Shown: positions 25,130 to 34,803 of the stretch, piece by piece
Numbering within the stretch: position 1 is the first letter of the stretch
Layout of the letters: each line of letters starts with the position of its first letter
Source: Priapulus caudatus
Taxonomy: Eukaryota
Reading direction: 5' to 3'
NCBI RefSeq assembly: GCF_000485595.1
Contig: NW_014577090.1
Coordinates: forward strand, 340,180 to 374,982
Length of the DNA: 34,803 bases
Position numbers and translations under genes: made by a program
The notes under the pieces: model-generated
The model's input: the letters and a program-made list of their open reading frames with translations, nothing else
The model's database searches: none
What the model was told of the DNA's origin: nothing

Positions 25130-26330
25130 TTAGTAGTGGAATTTTTATATCAAACAACATGTAAGTATAGGCTCTCTACCAGGAATATATATACTTTCAG
25201 CAAAATGGTATCTATATATTTCGTTTGTCGTTATATACACTAGTTTTCATGCGTGACATTAGCGCTAACCAACGGCAGAATCTCCGTGAACGTTGTAGGG
25301 AATCCGAGCTGTTGGGAATCCAGGCCGGGCGCCTTCTTTTTAATCAAGCGAGACATGAGGGTTATGTTGAGATCTTTCACTAGTCGGGAGTCTATCTTCT
25401 CTATTTTGAATATATACATTATTAAATCCGTTAAATTATTACTTCGTTTATCAGATACTAGGTATGCACGCTCAGTGGTCTGCCGCTATGTCACGTTATG
25501 TTGAATTTTGAAGGATAGATCAGTAATAATTATTATAGTGGGAGATTAGGATTTTCGTTTTCATATCAAACTACATGTGAGTATGTATTCCTTACCTTAA
25601 ATGCATAGTTTTAAGCAAACGTGTATATTTCGTTTGCCGTCTCAAACGATTATTCATGCGCGATACTAGCATGCACCATTCAGGAGCACGCACGGAATTT
25701 TATATAATATCATTCGACGTTGTAGGGCATCGGGATATCGGGAAGCCAGCGCGTCTTTTTTTATTAATAAAGTGAGGCATGGGGGTCGAGAATTTTGACT
25801 CCATCCTACTCGACACTCTGCCCTCTCTATTTTAAATATATCATTTCAACAAAATGTTATTGCTTACGGCAGATAAAAGGCATGCGCGTAAAGAGGTCTA
25901 TTTCTACAATTTATATACGCTATGTAATTGTACGTTGAATTGAAAGGGGCTGGCTAAAAAGAGTAGGGCATGACGGATGTATTTTGCGCGCGAGTATGTA
26001 TTCTATACTACTTTTGCCGTAATATGCTATTTTTCATTGCGACTTTGGCTAGCGCCGACCAACGGCACAGAAAACATTACTTGAATCTATACGTTACGGG
26101 GAATGGAAATGTAGGAAAATTATGGCGCCTTCTTATTGATGAAGTGAGGCATTAGGATCGAGATTTATTACGGCAATTAACCTACTTGACAGTTTACTCT
26201 CTACATTTTAAGTAGATAATTTTGTAAAAATGTTACTTCTTTTAGCAGATATTATGCATGCGCGCAGTGATGTCCGACGCTACTGGGGTAATATACGTGA
26301 TATTGAATTTTAACGATACTAGGCAGTAAC
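25130..26330 (+). repeat. Three diverged tandem copies of a ~400-bp unit
   Basis: Shared ordered motifs in the units: atatcaaac.acatgt, tttcgtttg.cg, cgttgtaggg, ctctattttaa, cagata...atgc.cgc, ttgaatt. Confidence 0.75.
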
Positions 26331-26586
26331 CTTGCATTATTAAGGTAAGGTCCACTACACAGTTCTTTTCAGCAAGATGCATCAAGTTTCACCACAGACC
26401 ATATTCCCAAGCCTGATCGTTGCCGTTTATATTTGGCTGTACAGTAGTATACGTGGGCAACGCTGAAATATCATGCAAGCACCCTGAACGAGGTAAAGAA
26501 CTGCGCGCGCGTACGAGCGTGCGTGTGTGCGTGCCATTGTAAAGTAAAATGGAACATCAACTACAGATATCCGTTAAAAACACATA

Positions 26587-26592
26587 TTTATT
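26587..26592 (-). terminator. Candidate ILK polyadenylation signal (AATAAA); implies a ~1.9 kb 3'UTR
   Basis: tttatt on the + strand followed downstream (minus strand) by U-rich sequence; an alternative AATAAA lies at ~26900-26905. Confidence 0.45.
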
Positions 26593-28286
26593 ATTTTTCT
26601 AGTTTACAAATTTCGTTACTCCTCTAGGCATAAACAAAAGTACAGTAAACGTTGCACAGTATACCATAAATTTCCGAATCATGATTAGACTTACTATTAT
26701 CTTAATTCACATATTTATCTTTAATTACTATTGTCAAATGATACACATGACGGATTGTTTGTGTGTATATTTTATCATTATTTTTTTGCTGCAAGTATTC
26801 ATTAGTTGCAGCATTTACTGCTTAGCAAGACAGCCAAGTCAGACAAGAATGATACACCATTATCGTGTAAATGAATTTATGAGACCGTACAATTACACTT
26901 TTATTACACTGACAGAACTTTGTCATAATCATTAAACGCTATTTTTGATTTCGTATTTAAACTAACGTGGCTGTTGCCATTAACATTATATTCAAACAAA
27001 GCCCAATGTAGCCTCGATTGAACTGACTAATATCATTTAGCAAAATATTATTAATAATATTACACAGTTATATGTACGTATGCAGCTCAATTCCCATCTA
27101 GGAAAAATTCCACGAGCTTAACTCATAAAACACAAATTTGCAAAAGCTTTTAAAAAGTTGAAAAGCACCAAATCTTCTTTCCCCTTTCCGTCATTTTTTT
27201 TACCTGAGTGGAGAAGCTATATTAATAACTACTAGGACTGGCAATGGATCTACAGTGGCCGAGGTGAAGGCAACAGAATAGCTAGCATTCTTTATACAAG
27301 TACACTAAAATATAACACACGACAATGACAAATCGTGTTGTGAAATTTAGTGCAAGGAGGGCAAGGAATTAAGTCTACCTATTCTAAGTAAAGCCAGCAA
27401 TCAATTGTTTTTTAGCTGATTAAGGGCACCACCCCAAGTGAATTCCAATAAGGACCACAATTACCCCACGTTTATCGTATGCGATTCACCCGCCCTGCAC
27501 GTATTATATAAAATAATTCACCAAAACAGTAAGCAAGGCATGATGAAGATACGAGCATGCTTATGGCTAATGTTACAAAAATATAGATGTCCCATGAATA
27601 AATAACAAGTGAACGTCATTGCGTACAACCACACCGTCATTGGCCGAGCGCTTGCACATGATCCTATACACTTCGGTGGTTTCAACCCTACACTGACATT
27701 TTTTGGGAATCCACTTCTGCTACAGCTACTACGCACATACGGCAAATTTTAAACGCAACGCTGGCTAAGAAAATTGCGTAGCCTAACAACTAACGATCGC
27801 AGTCGGTTACCAACCTTAAAAGAAATATTCTCGTATGGGCAGAGCAAACAGCACCTCTTCAAAATCAGAGGGGAGACCTTCACGACTAAATACAGAAATT
27901 CTCACAATAACGGCAGACGATTATTCTCGGATTTATAGCAAAGCTGGCTAGCGGGCAAATTGCACGTTGTCTTTCACCAGCTACTTGAACCGCCATGCAA
28001 GATGCACGGTAAATGCTCACTGGTATTAACTGGTACTCACGTACGCTGTCCCCAAGAGACCTGATGAAAATCGACACGGTGCCCTGATGCTGCTTAGCTG
28101 TTCATTCCGTTACATAACGCGTATTCGACAAACGATTTTTCGACAGTCCAACCGCAAGCATAGTTACAATCTCGAGCTCACCTGGGCACAGGCTACCTCC
28201 TTTGCGTAATAAGGCATCATCAACTATTCACGCGAATCACTCCAAATCAGTCTGCATAGTTGCTTTTTTAAGTACTCTCTAAACGG

Positions 28287-28401
28287 CCACCTCCTGCCAT
28301 GACTCCACCACCTCCTGCCATGACTCCACCACCTCCTGCCATGACTCCACCACCTCCTGCCATGACTCCACCACCTCCTGCCATGACTCCATCACCTCCT
28401 G
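28287..28401 (+). repeat. 21-bp minisatellite (CCACCTCCTGCCATGACTCCA x ~5.5) in the ILK 3'UTR
   Basis: Near-perfect tandem units ~70 nt after the stop codon. Confidence 0.95.
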
Positions 28402-28470
28402 GTGAAGTCCACGGCAGAGCGACGCAAATACGTTGTGCATGTGTGGCGCCACCTATCCTCAACGCACGCC

Positions 28471-28617
28471 TCAGTGTTTCATCTTCTCCAGAATCGGCAG
28501 TATCATGTCGAAGTTCGGACGCTTTCCCGGATCCTCGTTCATGCATATACGCACCAGCTTCGACATGTGAGGAGATATGCCGGGCGGTATGGTGATGCGC
28601 AGGCCCTCAAGGGCAAT
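28471..28617 (-). CDS. ILK: ILK last coding exon (IALEGLR...LEKMKH*)
   Basis: tcatAG acceptor, 147 nt ending in TGA. Confidence 0.96.
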   Translation of the reverse strand: MALEGLRITIPPGISPHMSKLVRICMNEDPGKRPNFDMILPILEKMKH

Positions 28618-31600
28618 CTATGACCGGAAAATGAGAAAGAGAGAGAGAGAGAGAAATTACCACCACCATCCCAGCATAGACAAGATAAGGCATATTTAAA
28701 ATATTGTAATTTTGAGATAAATGCGAATTAGTGGACAAGAGTGACATTGTCGGCAGCTGATTTCCTGTCTATGTTAAAATGCCTTCGCTGCTCCAGTGGA
28801 TTATTTATATTCGTCTCAAAGTAAAATAATGTCACATGATAAAATCATATCCGATGACACTATTCCAAGATAGACATTATGCTTCCAGACAAGAACGGTA
28901 TTATTCGAGATAAGATTGCTCACTAGTAGCCTCTATTCAGCTTCCAAGTAGATATATGCACGTCTCTAGTTTAACTACACTAAATTTCGCTAAGTACTCT
29001 CAGTAAAGACTCGCAGTAATACTCAGAATAATTTTGTGCAGTACCTACTGCATGGAAACAGCAAACAAAGCAACGAAACACAAAATAGCAATCGAAATCG
29101 CAAACGAAACGATGAAACGAAAGCGAACGTTTCCCTCCCGGCGGCCCCCGGACTCTCGTCCTCACCTTCATTCCGATCTCCATCGGACTCATGTCTGAGA
29201 AAGGCACCTCGCGCGTTGCCAGCTCCCAGAGCAGGATCGCGAAGCTCCACATGTCAGAGGCGCGCACGTTGATGTCGTCCTGCTTCTTCTGCAGAGCCTC
29301 GGGAGCCATCCACGCCGGCGAGTACAGCTTGCCGCGCTCCTGGAAGGTGAACTTGGCGTCGGCCATGTTCACTCGCGCCGTCAGGTCCTCGTCAATCTGA
29401 CGGCGTCGGGGATAGAAACAAAATCACCATTGCTAAATGCATAGAACTAATATAGGTAGACTCTCTATGTATGTCTCTATATATGTATTGTATGTATATG
29501 TATATTTTTATGGCTAAATGCATTCAACCTCCCAGTGCAATTGACAGGCAGCTCTAGCCGATACGTGCACGCGAAAACTGTCTATAGTACCGAAGTGCTA
29601 CAAAGCTGGCATTTTGGTGTGAAGACATGCAAGCGTGACTGATCTAACGACAATATCCAAGTGGGCGTGGTTATCTCGTTTAGATGATAGATAATTGTAA
29701 CGCTAACGGCGATACATATGTAATGGTAGCTGAAGTGGAGGAAAAGAGAAGAAAGTTTACGGGACGTATCTTTTAATAGCATCTAGTTTTTTCCACTTTC
29801 ATCACCTAGCAAATGTGCAACACATTTCTCACGCGCTCCATGTAACAGCTTGTATTTCACTTACCATGATGTGTTTACTGGAGAGATAGTAGTGCGGAAT
29901 CAGAGGTTCCAGCGTGTGCAAGTATGCCATGCCACGCGCAAGGTCCACCGCAAACTTCAACGCCTGCGCGTGGTCCACCACCACACCTGCAGAGTTAAAG
30001 ATGCAGTGGTAAGATGATACCTACTCTACCATATCACACGTGCGCACGCACGCACTCACACGCACACACGCACACGTACACACGCACTCACACGCACACG
30101 CACGCACGCACGCCCTCGACATTTGCCTATAACTCATGCCAACTGAAACAAATTTACAGGTTACCTATAACGGACGTTTACTTTTTGCGCGGTAACCGAC
30201 ACGATAAACTATATATACTATAAATTATGTATACTATATATATACTAAATATGTAAACTATCTTGAAACTATGTATATATACTATAAATTCATCTACTCA
30301 CTGACCCGCTCCCGAAACACCAAGTCATGGCAAACAAATAAATAAATGCAGTGAGGGTGGACTATCGGGCAGACTTACTCGTGGACTCGTGCAGCAGATT
30401 GTAGAGGGAGCCGTACGGCTGGTACTGGCTGATGCACACCAGGTTCGGCGGTTGGTTGCTGCAGCCCAGCACTGGAAGCACGTTCGGGTGCGAGAAAACC
30501 CTGCCGACCACGAAACGTACGCATTTGTAATTTATTAATCGACGGCTGGTTCCGCCGTGCATCACACGCGGGCAATTACTCATCGTCGGCCGAGAGTAGC
30601 CAGCCGCCGCCAAGGAGTCGTGAGATGCGAACTGAAACCAACCCTATCCGCGGGAACACGCACGCATCGAGGCGCATCCCTAATGTTTCGAAAACGGTGT
30701 TTTAATCTACTCTGCATGTGAATTTCCACGTCCCATTAAATTTTCATTTGACCAGTCAGAATTTCATGCGCGGAAAATGCAACAGTACTTTGACATGGCA
30801 GTAGTCGTTTAACAGTTGTATAGAAGAATAAGAAGCACATGAACGGGAATAAGAACAAGCAGAAAAAAAGAGGATTACTGGCAGCTGCATCCTGTTATTT
30901 AGGAGGACCACGTGCATAATTTCTCATGATAACCATCGCCGATGAATGTTGCAAAGTTACACGTGTTTACTTATAACTCTGACCCGAACACTGATCGCAA
31001 AAAAAGCCATGGTGTCCCTCCCCAAAGCCCTTGAAAATGTGAAAGACCTGTGCGGGCATTAACATGCAATGGTAGCTACCACTTGCGTCACGAACACGCG
31101 ATTATTCACGCTAGCCACCGACAAAAAATAGCGACATACTGGGTTTCATTACACGCCCACGCCCGACTGTACCGCATCTCGACGCGATATTAGCCAGTCC
31201 ATGCCACGCCTCAAGTAACACATCGCACGACTGCCTAGCATCGGCGCGGCAATACCCGCGGAAATGGTTATTGGAATTAAACACAGTCTGCCCGACAATA
31301 CTGTCCCCAGAAGTGGCGTGACCATTCCCAGTGATTGCCCGCATTAGCGTTCCGTTGTGAATTGCCCAGCCTTAGCCTCGGGCCAGTTTAAACGTTAGTC
31401 GTAACATTAACTTTTTCTTGTAGACCACTGAATTAAACGTGGTAAAGTTACGAGTTTCTAATGAGGAGTGTATTACTATTAGAGGTTCAGTCGATGAGAA
31501 AAAGAATTACAGATTATTATCCAAGTCACAGTTTGTAACCAGGGCCACAGTTTGCTAGCTGAGTCACAGCTTGTTAGCTGAGTCACAGTTTGTTAGCCAA

Positions 31601-33746
31601 GTCACAGTTTGCTAGCCAAGTCACAGGTTGTTAGCTACGTCACAGTTTATTAGCCAAGTAGTTGAGTCACAGTTTGTTAGCCAAGTCACAATTTGCTAGT
31701 TGAGTCACAGTTTGCTAGTTGAGTCACAGTTTGCCAGCTGAGTCACGGTTTGCCAGCTGTGTCACAGTTTGCCAGTTGAGTCACAGTTTTTCCAGCCGAG
31801 TCACAGTTTGCTAGCTGAGTCACAGTTTCTCACCTGAGTCTGGGATACTCCTCGGCGAAGTCGCGTGAGATTCTCTGCGTGACCTCACGTATGTTGAGCA
31901 CGCGGGCGACAATGTCATTGCTCTGCCAGGTCCCTCGCCACAGCTGCATGCAACAACACGACCAGCAAGCATTTAATTACATTTTATATTCAAAGTAATC
32001 GACAATATATCTCATGATTCCATTGATGGTAAATTGCTTTCTTGTTGTGCATGCTGTTGAAGTTTTAATTAAATGTTATAGTCGAAGTAATTACACAATT
32101 CGGTCGCAAAATGTTTTCTTCTTCAGCATGCTGAGGCAGACAGAGTCACATTGATTGACACAGATCTTCACCACCACATTCCACTTTCATATCGATTGGA
32201 CAAAGTTGAAAAGCCAGTTATTATATAAATATATAAAAATATATAAATAAATATATACATATATATATATCAGTGGGTGTGACTTACGTCTCCAGAGTGG
32301 CTGCTTGCGATGCGAACTTGTAGGTTTAGCTGGTTGATGTCGATTCCGGAGTAGCGTGACAGCGTGGCGTCGCGGCTGCGCGTCTTGTAGCCGCGCCACG
32401 ACTGGTCCTTGTAGGGAATCTTATTCAATTCCTGACCCATCTGCGTTGCCTTGTCTGCAACATCAAGCACCGATACGATGGCTTTCTTCTACAAGGCATG
32501 GAGATGGTCATGTAGCAAAGATCGTGAAGTTTCTATGAGGTAGCTTCCCACTATGTGGGGACTTCCCTCTATTCATTATATTCATTAACCTCTCCCTTTC
32601 TCTCTTTCTAGCTTGTCATGAAACCTACGTTTTAACACTTGTAAGCTGAAACCACACGGAAGCACTGCTATGCTATAAAATATAGGTTCCTTCATCTGCA
32701 GCAACTGCTGGCACCAGAGGCCACATCGTCCATTTGCTTCTAAGTCTACATGACAGGTGACAGGTGGCGCCTTCAGCACGCTCTACTGAACCTGTCCTGC
32801 CTCATGATGAATCAATTTAAATCTCTTTGTTATGCTCCTCCCTAATATGACCCTCAAAACATGAAGTAGGGTTGCAGGCAAACCTGCGTTAGCACTCACT
32901 CCTAAAGAACGAACACCTGCATATAAAGGACGCTTCTGACATCTCCCACGAGTAGCATTTATACAGTGAAACCACCTCAATGGAATGGACACCTGTCTAT
33001 GATGAACACGTTTAGCATTTCTTTCAAGTGGCAGTTACGCAGTAGAACTACGTCTATAGAACAGCCACCCATCTGTAAAGGACACATTTGGTGTTCCCTC
33101 ATAGTTCCATCTGGTTTTTGCCCCCGAGTTTTTTCCCACTCAGCATCCCACCGACACATTGGTTGTCAGCCGATGATCTGCTTCTCTGCCTGGCAGACGA
33201 GACACACTGGGCAACCTCACCTTGTAACCGCTTGGCCAGCGGGTAGCGAGACTTATCCAGCGGTGTCTCGCCATACTTGTTTTGCAGAGACACCAGGGAG
33301 CCATTGGCGACCAGGTCCTGTTCAAATAAACAAGCCGCAAAAAAATGCAAACGTTTGTGAAACTTTACGCTCGCGCACAAACACACGCGCACAATAAATC
33401 ACTAACTCGATTTTTTTTTTCGCAATTGGGTTTATGGCCGATTTTGCACTTGTGACCGTGCTGTGATGCTTCACCGTGCTGTCGGTAGTAAAATAGCGGA
33501 TGCATAATAAAAAGACCACTCTCTTCACGATACTGACACAGAGAGCATCACGCAAAAGAATGCTGTTGGAAAAGTGACCCGTCAATATTTGCACTCCAAT
33601 TGCGTGGTCCACTTACAGTGCTGGTGCTGTTTTTTTTTGACACGGCTTACCTCGGCGACCTGGTCCTGACCCCAGAAGCATGCGTAGTGCAAGGGCGTGT
33701 TGCCATGCTCGTTAATAGCATTGATGTCCGCCTTGTTGTTCAACAA
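28471..33746 (-). CDS. ILK: Integrin-linked kinase (ankyrin repeats + pseudokinase), 3' part; 8 coding exons, 5' exons lie beyond the right edge
   Basis: join(33651-33746,33221-33317,32288-32454,31834-31943,30379-30500,29865-29986,29166-29396,28471-28617). Diagnostic ILK peptides: [86 protein letters not shown] stop at 28471-28473. Confidence 0.97.
29166..29396 (-). CDS. ILK: ILK exon ([16 protein letters not shown]...MEIGMK)
   Basis: cgtcAG acceptor, GTGAG donor, 231 nt. Confidence 0.96.
29865..29986 (-). CDS. ILK: ILK exon ([24 protein letters not shown]...SKHIM)
   Basis: ctgcAG acceptor, GTAAGT donor, 122 nt. Confidence 0.95.
30035..30113 (+). repeat. (CA)n/(CACG)n microsatellite
   Basis: Directly visible. 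Confidence 0.8.
30379..30500 (-). CDS. ILK: ILK exon ([18 protein letters not shown]...LLHEST)
   Basis: cggcAG acceptor, GTAAGT donor, 122 nt. Confidence 0.95.
31520..31828 (+). repeat. 19-bp minisatellite (GTCACAGTTTGCTAGCTGA, ~16 units) next to an ILK donor site
   Basis: Directly visible tandem units. Confidence 0.92.
31834..31943 (-). CDS. ILK: ILK exon ([20 protein letters not shown]...EEYPRLR)
   Basis: atgcAG acceptor, GTGAG donor, 110 nt. Confidence 0.95.
32288..32454 (-). CDS. ILK: ILK exon ([20 protein letters not shown]...SHSGD)
   Basis: ttgcAG acceptor, GTAAGT donor, 167 nt. Confidence 0.95.
33221..33317 (-). CDS. ILK: ILK exon ([22 protein letters not shown]...RLQ)
   Basis: gaacAG acceptor, GTGAG donor, 97 nt. 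Confidence 0.95.
33651..33746 (-). CDS. ILK: ILK exon ([32 protein letters not shown])
   Basis: ttctAG acceptor, GTAAG donor, 96 nt, ankyrin repeat. Confidence 0.95.
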
Positions 33747-34803
33747 CTAGAACAGAGACGAAACGCCATTGTATGGGAGGGTCATTCTTCGTAGCAACAA
33801 AGGGTTTTTCGTCAACATGGATGGGAAATCTAATAGAGTAAACTACTAATTTTAATACCTAGTTTAGATAGTACTGGTGTCACGTAGCTGGGAAACTGTA
33901 GGATACGGACAAACGTATGATTTTCAACGAACAACAAACGCCTTGGAATTATTCCCTCGAGATACAGTGGAGGATTTTGCAAAAACAAGCGCATCGTTTT
34001 CCCCGACACGTAACATAAAGTAACGACATGATATATTATATGTGGCACTGTCGATTCACTCCTCTCGCTCTGGGCCAGGCCTAGGCGGACCAGACTGCGA
34101 GATTAACGACAATGCAGTTGCCAATACACGGTCTGAGGTCTTATGACCGTTTAACGGAGGCCAAGCAAGGCCCAGTGAGTGTGGAAGTACTAGAAGTGAC
34201 CCGTCTGAAACTAATAGCTCTGTAGTTAATTACTGTTCGAGTAGCAGGGCAATAACTCCTAAATGAACGAGACTGCTAATACAAACGAGTCATAAGTGCA
34301 TTTTCCACGTTACATTCTCCCAAGCGTATGAGCCAGCCAAACGCAGATACGTGGACGTTTTTACATTTAGACAAAAGACAATCACAAAATTTCGACAAGC
34401 AGTAGAAGACCTCGTTTTCCTTTTTAATTTCAATTTTCCTGATAATAATTTTGTTGATGGCTATATCATAACACAGTCATTGTCAACAAGCCGGGAAAGT
34501 AATAGATGCTAGTGTGCCCAACTGCTCATAGTAATATATACTAATAGAAAACAACAGCTCGGGCGTTGTATCCACCGCCTTCACACGCGTCATCACTCAT
34601 TCATACCACCGCCCTGCAGCAGACAGCTGTTCCGCATTTAAATTTCACTCTTCAATATTTCAGCGCTTGTTTTTTCCCCCATCAGGTAGGAGGTGTTGAA
34701 CTCTTTATCATTCGACACGCGCGTGCGGCGCTGCCGCGTGACTGGCATACCGATCGACCTGTCCACCGTACGCTCGCGAAACCTGCGTGCCAACATGCGG
34801 GGC

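Noticed and set aside
28268..28595. MTPPPPA / GGGGVMA repeat ORFs
   Set aside because: Product of the 21-bp 3'UTR repeat; overlaps the ILK last exon in antisense or off-frame
31520..31828. Possible CRISPR-like array
   Set aside because: Head-to-tail units with no unique spacers, no cas genes, and located in a eukaryotic intron

Overview
Animal (invertebrate, lophotrochozoan-like by inference) genomic DNA from a gapped scaffold; no prokaryotic features. Two spliced minus-strand genes lie in tandem: the 3' eight coding exons of integrin-linked kinase (ILK, 33746->28471) and the first twelve coding exons of the cohesin regulator PDS5 (ATG 7514 ->388, continuing off the left edge). All splice junctions are GT-AG with consistent phases. 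PDS5 appears to have a 5'-UTR exon near 23539-23600 and a ~16 kb first intron full of transposons. These include a 1.1 kb foldback element with 450-bp TIRs and an 8-bp TSD, a HINE-like element, several MITEs, and a full-length Ty3/gypsy LTR retrotransposon (11999-16900). The retrotransposon's flanks reappear after a 10-N gap without the insertion, so a filled and an empty allele are probably both assembled. I found no evidence for a new multi-gene system. The best leads are the probably polymorphic LTR element, the P/Galileo-like foldback with a nested hairpin, an intronic AP-1/ARE motif minisatellite, an ILK K220R-equivalent change, and a palindrome-capped 3x~400-bp repeat.
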